Position numbers and translations under genes: made by a program. This document shows positions 48,401 to 59,333 of a stretch of 64,000 nucleotides of DNA, in pieces. Positions within the stretch are counted from its first letter, which is position 1, and every line of letters starts with the position of its first letter. Under the pieces are notes generated by a model. That model worked only from the letters and a program-made list of their open reading frames with translations, was not told the origin of the DNA and did no database searches. This DNA is from Sporopachydermia quercuum (taxonomy: Eukaryota), in contig BCGN01000002.1 in the NCBI GenBank assembly GCA_001599295.1, positions 1,674,001-1,738,000 of the forward strand, in the 5' to 3' direction.

Positions 48401-50134
48401 ATTCATTGTATTGATAAAAGGAACGACAATTTCTATAGATCTCAATGGGTTGGTATCCTATTGATTGAAATTTTTATGTTTCTTCAAATCAATGATTCTT
48501 TCTTCTTCCTTGAACTGGTATTAGCAAAATTAGCAAATGAACAGCTTTTTAATAATCATGCTGATATCTATAAAGAGGAACATAATCATTTGGAGATTTG
48601 CTATAAGATTTACTCTATTGCCACCTTTGCTACCATAAGTCTTAATCAATCATCGTTGGAATTAAGAAGAAACTATGCCCTAGCAATATCCCAACATATT
48701 TTGGAAAGTGATGACGAATGGCATATTTTCAACCCCATTAAGAGAAGTGATGGCAATGAAGAAAACCGGAGAATTCAGCTTTATACTATCCTTTTATTAC
48801 TTCAAAAGCTATTATCAACCGATGATATTAAAACTCATCTACATCTCTACTATTTACCAGCATTACGTGTTGAACAAAGTCCTTTAGTAAGAAATTACAT
48901 TGAATGGATTATTGCAAACTCATTCTTGCTACTAAATTCGTTCCATACAGCTTTTGATTTGTTGAAACTTATGCAGGATGATCCAAGAATCATAATATCA
49001 ATGGAAAGAATTGGTTATTTGATTGCAATGGAATTGAAAGACAGCCAAAAAGAAATTCGTTTTCTTACTGAGAATTACCTCCCAACACTGATAGCTTTCT
49101 GTTCCACTAATAAAGCAGGGCTGAGACATTTTTCTGTGTCCCTTATCTGTTCTCTGTGGCCAGCCATTGAAAAAAGAGAATTGGCAAGTAATAAGATGGA
49201 TACTGAGGATATTAAAGATAATAAATGCTATAACGCTGATGATAATATTGAACTATCAGCAGGAGTTAAAAATGTATTAAGAGCATCATATATTTATGCC
49301 ATTAATACTGAAAGTTACTCGCAATTCAGAAGTGGAGAGTTCACAGTTTGGAGTGTCAGTAATGATTTCACACTAGTTGGGATTTGTGGGAATGTATTGA
49401 AAAGGATATCTGATAGATCAATAGATAGTATTGATGAGATTCATTTCAGAACTTATCTTAAAGAATATGAGAAATACTTAACTATTCCTATTGGAAATGA
49501 AGATGATATTATATGGCAAAATGAAGAGAGTGGAAATACTATTGAGAGTGGAAATAGTAATATTAGTGGAAATGGTAATACTACAGCAGCACCAGTTCAA
49601 AAGAAAAGTGGTACATGGAAAGTGGTCATGGAAGACATTGAAGATTCTGATAGAGGTCGTAATATTGAAAGAAGTGATTTGATTGTTGTTGCATCTTTAG
49701 TTGATAAAGCTCCTAATCTTGGAGGTATCTGTAGAGTATGTGATGCATTAGGAGCAGGCTTATTATGTATGAACGATCTGAAAATTGCGAAGAACTCACA
49801 GTTCAAAAGCGTTGCTGTCACAGCTGACTTTTGGATGCCAATGAAAGAAGTTAAAATTGGAAATCTGATTGAATTCATGAAACTTAAGAAACAACAAGGT
49901 TATACTTTAATTGGCTTGGAACAAACTGATAAAAGTATTATTCTTGATAATGAGACTAAATTTCCCGAGAAATCCTTGATATTACTTGGTCGTGAAAGAG
50001 AAGGCATTGATGCTGATTTACTGGCGGAATTGGATTTTTGTATTGAAATTAAACAAGTTGGTGTTGTGAGATCAATGAATATTCAAACTGCTGCTGCTGT
50101 AATTATTCATGCTTATTCAGTGCAGCACTGTTGA
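45485..50134 (+). CDS. TRM3: tRNA Gm18 2'-O-methyltransferase
   Basis: Long helical N-terminus and C-terminal SpoU domain LIVVASLVDKAPNLGGICR..GLEQT..EREGI..RSMNIQ. Confidence 0.95.
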   Translation: MSSSVSLLAKSISDESKEQVIKQLSTLLNSTAPDESVKIAATLSEILGTVDDVSKEIRTNISTFVKDLFFIVKTSGNLNDNLPLTTALKLCFKVSSVVSQIIESCFSVLENYFATAATISEAQSLEIFQSLGKAKPSNSDVLEPASYEDLLFHLFFISRLLMYDVVIENILIEKQIKYCLLFLGTNCDGYLRVSDVSLALTTSQAIRWGLKYTVHNQEITDLLWKQIFFLLSNDFHSTDKSIPYILWLKWLSIENQHNQEYYNSSLAPKHDYWKCLQSGLSYDSHDIRKYSTLILKISIEKLDRNIDNEFIHWENSKQDESIVEWERFDTLLEVISIDTSIHETKASELNLRYLFSVECHIPVSWGICLLSTGLNATMDSVRKFILEFVFSLPSESLEKLSDHEGIDFLISKLIPFSLTATHFKTEKISRQNPLDLYGDFQCNHAENLVNFFNNLFNSFVSSSEANCLFSGILNLIIKNRYLYDPARIYALYGLVEAFNQRSILTGKEIELIGEVFEVDAENSMRTRMVRVLCLKLLLKAEPAEYNTQRFIIFLSKFVKRCGYSIFKEQQVELVDWLREADSEETIVSLFENTPTDIHLYEGQYLGVLIELTYSLATDKEHVSQKAQQFISNRLEIICHLLISGLSNVLKVLNRWKLVNVFDQHLKDLLFTPVSFSGTDYNIMKLCNQVITSDSSNIDFLFPDSTAISELLLRIVSISDILPEQLKTEDYDAFKGFVHYIHFLSTIYCHGFNKLKQDSPDELVKIKHNLVSFKSVCKLNSTISQILNERSTKERDYHTYRDLVSKAVYDLFTLTIEDVTDQIEITDDISEEYFDDFFSQAEYDINATAYLSRKSMVRFFRTFVVLLVKDSDDESSTSIDDFVVPIYKKILELLYELWKAVLNERLVGSERDLHHDLIQLIFSPRLLDYSLVSQYFGINAVPIFEEISNDIIQQSFARRTLITVLSKSLFEYQIHCIDKRNDNFYRSQWVGILLIEIFMFLQINDSFFFLELVLAKLANEQLFNNHADIYKEEHNHLEICYKIYSIATFATISLNQSSLELRRNYALAISQHILESDDEWHIFNPIKRSDGNEENRRIQLYTILLLLQKLLSTDDIKTHLHLYYLPALRVEQSPLVRNYIEWIIANSFLLLNSFHTAFDLLKLMQDDPRIIISMERIGYLIAMELKDSQKEIRFLTENYLPTLIAFCSTNKAGLRHFSVSLICSLWPAIEKRELASNKMDTEDIKDNKCYNADDNIELSAGVKNVLRASYIYAINTESYSQFRSGEFTVWSVSNDFTLVGICGNVLKRISDRSIDSIDEIHFRTYLKEYEKYLTIPIGNEDDIIWQNEESGNTIESGNSNISGNGNTTAAPVQKKSGTWKVVMEDIEDSDRGRNIERSDLIVVASLVDKAPNLGGICRVCDALGAGLLCMNDLKIAKNSQFKSVAVTADFWMPMKEVKIGNLIEFMKLKKQQGYTLIGLEQTDKSIILDNETKFPEKSLILLGREREGIDADLLAELDFCIEIKQVGVVRSMNIQTAAAVIIHAYSVQHC

Positions 50135-50354
50135 TTGTTGAATACTACGAATAACTGTTTATTTTAAAGGTTATGATATGACGATGATAATACCATAATG
50201 GCATGGTCGAGTATATATTAACATACGATTGTTGAAGTGTGAATATTACTGGAATAGAATTTTGATCAGTACAACTGAAAGTACTTACTGCTAATGTCGC
50301 TGAAACTTTGATACTTGATCTTTCCTTGCATTTATAAAACATTTTCCACGGGTA

Positions 50355-53300
50355 TTAAGTAACAATTTGTGAGAGAAGCTGTAAAATCTCTTTATAAGAT
50401 AAATGATGAATCTTAGCAGTCTTTTGAAATTCGTCTATCTCTGTTTTCCAAGGAGAGTCATTATTGAAGTCTCTTTTCTCGTATGAAAATGAGCTTATTA
50501 TTGGTACTGCTTGTAAAGATTTAATTGTTGACGTTGATGAATATTCATTAGCAAGAATATTATCCGTCAACCCTAAGATTTTTGATGCTTCGTATAATCT
50601 GATAAAAGAAAATATTTTGTTAATATTTCTGAGGAGAAAGATCGATGAATAAAACAGCAAAAGCACACTCGATGCTATTATACACGTGCGATTATTACAG
50701 CACTCAAATTCAACCATCAACCACTAACTGTCAGTGATCACATACCTTGCAAAACCTTTACTTTTTGGTAACAATAACTGTTTCCATAACTCTTCAATAT
50801 CAGCTTCCAGTTGTTTAGCACCAATTGAATTAAATTTATTCATCTCAATGATATGATTGTAAATATAGTTGGACAATTCAATATCCATTGTTCTTACAAT
50901 GATCAAATCGTGAGAAGAAGAAATGCATTTTCTAGTAAATGTCAATTGTTCATTAATCAACGAAATAGGATAGGATAATTCTGTCGATGGGGAATAATTT
51001 CCTTCAGGTTCTTTCAAATCCTTCCAACCTTTTCTATAGTATCATGTTAGAATATATTAGTTGTTTTAGCCGAATACCATGATTAACAAGAAGTATAGTA
51101 TAAGACATTAAAATCATAATTCTTGGTAGAAATCATTATCCACCTTAAAAATTCATCTCCAATACATACAATTCAGAGTATCTCTTCATAGATTTATTGA
51201 TTTCCTTTTTCATCAAATTTCCAATATCCCGTAAGATTTCATCATTCAACTTTTCATATTCAATAGCCATATCATCAAATAATGTTTTATTTAATCTATC
51301 TCCTCTTCCTTCGTCAGAATTGTCATCATAGTCATCAATATCTAAGCTTTCTTTCTTTACATCATCGATGTCATTAACAGAATCCTTATTATCACTATAG
51401 TTCTTCTTCTGTTTGCTCTTCCTCTTCATAAAATCATTCAGTTGTTTGTAAAGTTCTAAGAATAATAAATCCTCATCCCATTCTTGCATTGCTTGTTTGA
51501 CATAATTACAACTGCAATAAGTTTTGCATAAACTTCTTATACCTTTATCGCCAGAAAATGATTGATCAGGTTTAGCACCAACAAAGCTTTTGGATAGTGA
51601 AGTTGACGATAACGCTTCAAAAGCTTTTAAACCTTCAGTCAAGCGTTTCAGGTATTTCTCTAGTATATGAATGTGAATTTCCGAAAGAAATCTTAATTGG
51701 TGCTTTAGATTCTTCAAGGGAGAATAATGATCAATGATTATCGTTAATAGATTAACAATATTCTCAGCAGAATTAGTAGCTTTGATATCATTTTCAGCAA
51801 ATGAATCAAAATCAATTTCCCAAGCATCCGGTTCTTCCAGTATTTCATTATATCTNGTAATTGCAAATGTTTTCTCTCCATTTATCCATTCTTCAAATAG
51901 ATTATTGGCAAGAAGAACGTCACCTGTTAATCCATTCCAAACAGAAATACTATTATCATTTGAAGCTATATTTTCACTGTTGGAGTAATACGGATTATAC
52001 TTATATCCAACACGTATTCGATCATCAAAGGCTTGTAATTCCACAATAAGATGTGACAGATAAGAGGGTTTTGATTTGACTAGTGTCGATAGCGCAATCA
52101 TTTTCTTTCTGACTGGCGTCAATAGAGCAGTTATGAAGTTGAAGAAAGGAATAGAACTTGAATAATCATTTGGTAATAATTCCCATAGCTTTTGTTGTGG
52201 TTGGTTGTTTTGTTGTTTAACAATTGTAGTGAAATACTCAGTCCATAATCTATTGAAAGGAGGACCGTTGGTAGCCAGAAACTTTTCGAAGAATGCCAAT
52301 GCCCATTCAGGTTTATCGGGTCTATTTGATTCTTTATTATTATCAAAATGATACACAAATCTCAAGTGAAATTCATTTGTGAGACATGAATAAGCCCATA
52401 AAGAATTGGGGTAGTTGATAGATTGCTCAACTCTAATATTGTTAGAAAACCGTGTAAAAATAGTGTGTGANATGAGATTAGATAACAATAATACATACAA
52501 TGATTGAAGGTAGAGTAATTTAACAAAAGGATCAAAAATCTCATTACTCCATTTTGTTGATGGTGGATCATTTGGCCAATTGACTTGATGCAAAGCTCTT
52601 GCAATCGCTCTATAAAATTGATGATAATGTTAGTACGCATGTTTAGAATGGTGAAGCTATTATGAACTGCTAGTAAACCAATGTTTTATCAGTATAAAGT
52701 ATTGATCATTTGGAGAATAATCTCCTACAGATCAGTGCTAAAAACAGTATAATAACATAAGAGCTAGATCTTCTTCTTCTACAGCTAACTCGTCTAGTAG
52801 TTGATTTACTTACTTTCTCTCGATATTGGCTGATAGATCTACCAGGTGCTTAAACTTCTCCCAAGCATTTGAAAAAAGGAATCCTTGAAAATCATTTCCC
52901 TCAAGCTTCTCTTTTGCAACATTTAGCTCATCTTTCAATGTTGTTAGACTATCAAGAGAAGTTGAATCAACATTTTGTATTAGCTCATTCCTTGTTCTGT
53001 TAGTTTACTAGCATTGAGAACGCTGTGAAATCATGTAAGATAGAAACCCATCAATCATAGATATCAAATAACATACAATTGGCTCAAAACCTTTTGAAAC
53101 CATTGAAGAGCGTCCTTACATTTAAGGAGTCTTTCAGTTGATCTAAATTGTGGTTTCAATTGTCTTAATACGGAAATGTCACCAAAGGTATCGGCTAATG
53201 ACTGAACACCTGATTCTAGTTTACAATCAATAGACGAAGAATCAATAAGTTTCGAAAGTTCTGTCGTTATATTTGCAACTATTTTTTCGTTTTCTTCTAC

Positions 53301-53441
53301 TCCTAATATATTTATCTCTTTGATCTTTTCTGCACTTGTTTTCTTCTTTCTCTCAAATTCTGTTATAAACTGATCAATATCTCCCAAGTCATCTAATGAC
53401 TGGAACCTGTTGAATAAGTGATCCACTCTAACAACTTCCAT
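50355..53441 (-). CDS. TIP20: Dsl1-complex subunit Tip20 (RINT1 family); exons 53441-53077, 52996-52814, 52609-52499, 52432-51170, 51033-50746, 50598-50355
   Basis: LRFVYHF..SNRPDKPEW, LSHLIVELQAFD and GAKQLEADI motifs. Five GT-AG introns with YTAAC branch points keep phase. Confidence 0.88.
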
Positions 53442-54313
53442 CGTTAAGAAAGCAAAATGGTTTTGCTCGATTTAACTATTAGTAATAATTAGAGCTTCCA
53501 TTGAATTGGCTAGCAGTATAAAAGAACGTATCAACGATAAAATATCATATATTGATTGTACTTGGTCGTGATGATGATGACGATGATGATAGTAATTTAC
53601 TATAAAACAATCAATGCTCAAAGACAAGTAGGATATGAGATTTTAAGTTGAGATTGCATAGCTAGTGCATGAAGTATACCTAGCATGGCAGATATGTAGT
53701 TGCAGGGAACTATTGAAAAAGAGTGAAACAGAGTGTATTTACTGTATATATTGTTGTAAGCTAAATGATGTATCAAATTTATAGAGTAATTTCTATATAT
53801 ATTCAGGCGGTAAGTTTATTATTGACTAATTATTATACATATATTGCGCGAGTGATTGCTATCAACATTGACCTACATGGAAGACGCATATTTATGTATA
53901 TGCATTGGTATTGCATAATAGTGCATAACTTCAATTATTCACTTGCCATTCAGTGCTTGATGGCATAACTAGTAAGTCTTATCTTCATTTCTTTTTTTCT
54001 TCTAACGCACAAATAGTTCTGAAATAAGGCTTTATCAATTATCTAATTACAAGACGTTTTATTAGACAAGGAAAGGGAAGGTTATTTTGAATTACGAATA
54101 CGTATTTTCATATTGGCTCAGATTGAACGAACTCACAGTACAACTCTACATTCTGTTTGGTAGAGCATCTATAACCATTGCATTCGATAAGTGGCGGTAT
54201 TCATTGAACGGGCTTCTAACAAAGGCGAAGAACATAACCAAACAAATGATAGAATTGGGCCAAAACTAACTATTGTTTCATCAAAAACTTAACCATTGTT
54301 CTATTCAACCACC

Positions 54314-54769
54314 ATGGGCTGCAATTCTAATACTCTGGGAGATTCATCAATTGGTGGTCCTATAGAATTAAATGTGTTCAAGGAAGCAATAAGAGACTTA
54401 GATACTGAGACCATAACTTTGGTGCGGCAGCAGCTAATTAATTCAGTGACACATCTGAAAAGATCGAATGAAGAACTCGAGCATTACATTGTTACGAATA
54501 GAGATACGGATGGTGATTTGGATATTCTCGAAGAAAGTATTACTGAGAATATTGTGGTGATGAAAAGTCAATTGAAGAGAATAGCGGCATGTGATGAAGA
54601 GCTCACAATAGAAAGAGGGGTGAATGCCAAAGAGCTTGACACATTTGATGCACAATTTTTGTTTGCTGACGAGAAAAAGGATTCTAATTCTATGGAAAGA
54701 GATCGTAGTAATAATATTGAAAGCGAAGCGAATAAAGCGAATGAAAGTAATGATGGGTTGTATTTGTAA
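54314..54769 (+). CDS. TMA17: Proteasome ATPase assembly chaperone Adc17/Tma17
   Basis: PIELNVFKEAI..NSVTHLKRSN..ESITENIVV resembles yeast Tma17. Lies upstream of RRP42 as in S. cerevisiae. Confidence 0.8.
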   Translation: MGCNSNTLGDSSIGGPIELNVFKEAIRDLDTETITLVRQQLINSVTHLKRSNEELEHYIVTNRDTDGDLDILEESITENIVVMKSQLKRIAACDEELTIERGVNAKELDTFDAQFLFADEKKDSNSMERDRSNNIESEANKANESNDGLYL

Positions 54770-55473
54770 ATACAAATGGAATGAGACATGGTTCATTGAA
54801 AGTTTGGTAACAACCTGGGAAATTTTTAGTACATGAACTGAGATTTGGATATTATAATATCAGATGATAACATCGATGTCAGTATATCTATATACTTGCT
54901 TACTTTAATTCTCATAATTGGGAATGGTCATCAGTTGTCTCTTATCAATTATCGATCAATGAGTTTTTCCTTCATTATGAGACCTATCTCGGAAACTATA
55001 TGTAACAAAATGGCAAATTCCGGAAACCACTGACACCATGGACTAATTGTCAAATTTAGGCTATCTCTTATAAATAACATTGTTTCAATACAGGCTTGAT
55101 ATTTTATGCTAAACCAAATTGGAAATCTTTTTATTGAAGTACTCATCGTCTACTTAAATGTTTTTCTTCTTGGTATTCTCATTCTCAGTCTTCTATCGAT
55201 TAATCTAATCTGGAGACAGATCTCCCCTCATAATATCCGAAATTTTGTATCCCTTTTGGATTTTTGTTTTAATACCTGTTTTTAGACAGTTTCTTTCCTG
55301 TCCTTTTGTACATAAATTTTATGATTCTTGAACTTTCAAATGTTTTTCATTAATGGAATAGCTGCATTGGTGATTATTCATATCAGGAACAAAGTGTGAA
55401 TAAGGATATTCGATTAGTCATGCCCTTGTTTATTTGATCCACTTTGCATTCACCTCAACCATTAATCAGTACA

Positions 55474-56307
55474 ATGTTTTCTAGGTCGGAAGTCAGTTAC
55501 TTGAAAGAGTCTTTAAGTCTTCTACCTCCAGTGAGGCCAGATGCTAGACAGGCTGATCAGTTTCAACCACTGGAAATAGAAGCTGAATTTCTGGCAACTT
55601 CCAATGGATCAGCTAGACTGAAAGCAGCAGACGGAACAGAGATTATTGTCAGTGTGAAATCAAAAGTCATTCTGAAATCCCAAGACGAAAATCTGGTTGA
55701 ATTTGAAGTTGATATGAACGGTGTTAGAGATGACTCAGATTTAAGCGTTTCATTGATCCAATCTTTACAATCATTATACGCAGCAATATTTCCAGTTGAA
55801 ATGCTATCAATAACATCTAAGTATACATTCAAATTATATGTCGATGTGCTAATAATCTACAATTCATGCAACCCAATATCCCTGGTGTCCTTTGCAATCT
55901 ATTCAGCATTAGTAAGTACTCGACTACCAAAACTTGTATCAGATGTTAATGATGAGGAAGTCAATGAGTATCCATTATTTTCTGACGATTGGGAAGAGTC
56001 TATTACTTTAAAAGATAGCTATAAGATTCAGAATGAAAATAAGAACGGGGAGTTTGGCTTTCCACTGCTTTTCGTTATTGGTGTTGTTGATAATAATGTA
56101 TTTATCGATCCCTCCCCACAGGAGCAAACAGTTGCAGACTCAGGGTTTTTAATTTCATACTGCCAAGGGAAAGTCATTTCACCAATCAAAACGATAGACT
56201 TGGGAAGTAGTATCAACGGCCTAAGCCCAACTCTACTAAAACGAGCTGTGAGCCTGGTTAAGCAATGTGGCCCTGCAGTTGAACAGGCACTGCTTTTAGC
56301 CTTATAA
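55474..56307 (+). CDS. RRP42: Exosome core subunit Rrp42 (RNase PH fold)
   Basis: SEVSYL, VRPDAR..QFQP, SNGSARL, KLYVDVL and STRLPKL motifs. Confidence 0.9.
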   Translation: MFSRSEVSYLKESLSLLPPVRPDARQADQFQPLEIEAEFLATSNGSARLKAADGTEIIVSVKSKVILKSQDENLVEFEVDMNGVRDDSDLSVSLIQSLQSLYAAIFPVEMLSITSKYTFKLYVDVLIIYNSCNPISLVSFAIYSALVSTRLPKLVSDVNDEEVNEYPLFSDDWEESITLKDSYKIQNENKNGEFGFPLLFVIGVVDNNVFIDPSPQEQTVADSGFLISYCQGKVISPIKTIDLGSSINGLSPTLLKRAVSLVKQCGPAVEQALLLAL

Positions 56308-56501
56308 GGAATAGAGTCATGAATAACAAGCGACATGAGTAGCCATATCATATTTTTTTGATTCAAGAACCTACGAAACTATGAAGCGTTTTACTACAAA
56401 CGTTTCATTTGGTTGGTTACTTAATGTCAGGTGAACATTTCATCTATTGGAATTTGTATTGTACAATATCTTCAGCAAGGTTCTTACATAAATTTTAAAA
56501 C

Positions 56502-59333
56502 CTAATCATCGTACTCATCATTAGTGAACATACTTTCAGGTTCTGGGATGCTTCCTGAACTCATCTTTGGCATAATGCCCCAAAATCCTGTACTATTAAT
56601 ATTATCCTTGTTATTCTTTTCATATGACTTTTTATTTGCTGTAGGGCTCACATTTGTGTTCGAACCTGAGCTTGATTTTGAAGTGGAATTACCGCCAGAG
56701 CCAGATACTGTATTCTTAAATGACTTGTAATCGACAGAATCAACATTATCTGAAGAAGTTGTATTTCCATTGAGAAACTTCCAGTTCCTAACAGTATCAA
56801 TAAAAGATCCCATGGAGTTCAAAACACCTGGTGCTTCTTCAGGTTCACTTGAACTACTAAGCCATTTGGTCAGTTGAGATCCTACAATTAAATTACTATC
56901 TTCTCCTCCTTCTCCTTCTCGTTCTCCTTCTTCTTTTTCTATTTGATCTTCCTTTGGTATTTCTGGCACTCTTCTATGAGGCACCAATCGTGCAGCTAGT
57001 TTGACTGTCTGGTCATCATGCAGTCCACCCTTAGAATTATCGGAATTCACTGGATTAGGCAACGCTGAACCTTCTGCTTCATCAAACAAAACAGAATCTG
57101 TATGCAATGGTAAGTCTTTGTCAATCCCAAGACTTGATTCACCCCACATCTCCTCATCAGATTTTTCTTCAGGATCCCTGCAATCATTCCCATCTTCAAA
57201 AAGAGTCTGCTGCTTGTGAATCAAATTATACTCAGATTCCTTATCGGAATTCGTGTTATTCTGTTTTGCTTTAGTAGTGTTACCACTATCGTCATCCATT
57301 ATAATTAAGGTGTCATCGACATCAATTTCAAAATGGTTTTGAATCAGATGATCAATTACTTCCCAGCCATAAGCATTGGAAAATCTTCTTCTGACGGAAA
57401 TGTTATTATGAGAATCCGGTTTCAGTTTTACTAGTACTTTTCTCCAGTAAAGATCCTTATGCCAATCAAGTGCTGTATCAATTTCAAATCTCTTCAACTC
57501 TTTATAAGGATTTGTAAAAGATGTGAAAAAGTTATCAACCTCTTTATTTTCATAGTTATTTGGTGCCACGTATTGTTGGCTTAATTCCAGTATCTCTTGA
57601 GGAGAATATGTTCTATCATAAAAGATAGCAGTTGGTCTTGAGTTTGGATCGGTTATGAATGTTGGATTAGGTAAAGGAGGTAGAATAATTCTTGTAGCTG
57701 ATTCAATGATACCAGCTTTAGGTAAAAGCTTCAATTGTAAAGTATCATCATCATTATCATCATTTTCGAGTTGGTCATTTGTAGTAGAAGCAGAATTTGA
57801 AGTTATGCTACTGTTATTATTGTTATTAGGATCAGGTTCAGTTGCTTGGCTTTGAGGTATCAAATAAGAAAAGGCAGCCTGAATAGGTATTAGAGATTGC
57901 TTAAAATCGTATTGCATTTTATTCAGTAAATTTGAATAGCTGGTTTCATTGTTTGCTACCTGATCTTCACCATCAGGTATACTATTCGGAGGTATTTTAT
58001 CAGGATCAACTGGTATGTCATCACTTGTAGAGCTTGTCTGATTAGTATCAGTTATATTTAGTTGCGGGTTATTTCTGACTTTTGATGCTTCAGCAAGTCC
58101 TTTCCAATCTAGGAATAGAATGCTTGCAGTTCTTAAAGGTACTATACCATCATTAATAGCATTAGCATAACATGTTCTTCTTTTGAACTTTAGTAAAACT
58201 CTATGGGTAGGTCCTGTTGGCAAAACTCGTATTAGAGGAAACCTGTGGTGCTTTTCTTTGTTTGTAATACTCCTCTCATTTGCTTTCCAATATAAACCAA
58301 GATCCTGACCTGTTTTACCAACAAAACCAAAATCCAGTGCCATTTTGATAAAAGCAGGATTATCACCGAATATGCCTAAGTAAGGTGAAGCAAGAGTGAT
58401 AAAATTGATAGGTTCTATCTCATTGAAGAAGGATGGTATATGGCTCTCGATGTATGCAATGACATATGTCTGAACTAATCCACCTAAGGAATGTCCTATG
58501 AATGATATCTTATCAATCTCAGGATGATTTGAGCAAAAGTTTAGTAAATATAAAGCAACTCTTTTCCCCAAATAACGAATTCCACGTTCGGTACGACAAA
58601 CATTCCCGTGAAAGCCCCGAATAATTATTGAAGTGTTTGTACGTTTAGCACTTGCTTCAATTTGATCTCTTATATATAACATATCAGCCCCAACATTTGA
58701 ATGTAGTCCATGAGTCATCAATACTAAATGGACAGACTTATTTCTTGGTTTGCAAGCAACTGGTGGAGCATTCCAGACATCGGCAGTAGTTTTATTGATA
58801 ACTCTTAAATGAGGAATAAATGAGCCAGTAGCCAAAGGATTGATACTAGCATCATATTTTGATACTGCTTTCTTACTGTAACCAATTGTTAAATCGTAAG
58901 ATATACTAGTTGACGTCGAAAAGATAATTTGCGATATAATGTCAATTATCCAATTATGAGATCTTTTAAGGGTATGGCAAGATAATTCAGCAAAAAAAGA
59001 TTGGTTTGCTTTCAATTCCGGCTCAAAGCTAGGTTGTTCAGCTGTGATAAACGTTGGCTTATTATGATCATAATCTGTTGATCTGACATCACAATAAAGT
59101 ATATAAGGGCCAACTAGATACGCTGCTCTCATTGGTAATGGCTCCAAATTACGGACTCTAATCCACAGACTTCTCTCTTGACTTTTATTCAAGACAGAAT
59201 CCTCACTAGCTTTGAATGAAACACTAAACCTGTGAACTTCACCTACTTTAACTGATTGGCGAGTATAGTAGACGACATTTTCAGTGATCGGAATGTTAAA
59301 GAACTCATTTACTGCATCTTTCATAATATCCAT
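56502..59333 (-). CDS. ROG1: DUF676 putative lipase (ROG1/YDL109C family)
   Basis: HLVLMTHGLHSN, ISFIGHSLGG (GxSxG), FITLASP, YANAINDGIVPLRT and WRKVLV..HNNI.VRR motifs. Confidence 0.85.
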   Translation of the reverse strand: MDIMKDAVNEFFNIPITENVVYYTRQSVKVGEVHRFSVSFKASEDSVLNKSQERSLWIRVRNLEPLPMRAAYLVGPYILYCDVRSTDYDHNKPTFITAEQPSFEPELKANQSFFAELSCHTLKRSHNWIIDIISQIIFSTSTSISYDLTIGYSKKAVSKYDASINPLATGSFIPHLRVINKTTADVWNAPPVACKPRNKSVHLVLMTHGLHSNVGADMLYIRDQIEASAKRTNTSIIIRGFHGNVCRTERGIRYLGKRVALYLLNFCSNHPEIDKISFIGHSLGGLVQTYVIAYIESHIPSFFNEIEPINFITLASPYLGIFGDNPAFIKMALDFGFVGKTGQDLGLYWKANERSITNKEKHHRFPLIRVLPTGPTHRVLLKFKRRTCYANAINDGIVPLRTASILFLDWKGLAEASKVRNNPQLNITDTNQTSSTSDDIPVDPDKIPPNSIPDGEDQVANNETSYSNLLNKMQYDFKQSLIPIQAAFSYLIPQSQATEPDPNNNNNSSITSNSASTTNDQLENDDNDDDTLQLKLLPKAGIIESATRIILPPLPNPTFITDPNSRPTAIFYDRTYSPQEILELSQQYVAPNNYENKEVDNFFTSFTNPYKELKRFEIDTALDWHKDLYWRKVLVKLKPDSHNNISVRRRFSNAYGWEVIDHLIQNHFEIDVDDTLIIMDDDSGNTTKAKQNNTNSDKESEYNLIHKQQTLFEDGNDCRDPEEKSDEEMWGESSLGIDKDLPLHTDSVLFDEAEGSALPNPVNSDNSKGGLHDDQTVKLAARLVPHRRVPEIPKEDQIEKEEGEREGEGGEDSNLIVGSQLTKWLSSSSEPEEAPGVLNSMGSFIDTVRNWKFLNGNTTSSDNVDSVDYKSFKNTVSGSGGNSTSKSSSGSNTNVSPTANKKSYEKNNKDNINSTGFWGIMPKMSSGSIPEPESMFTNDEYDD

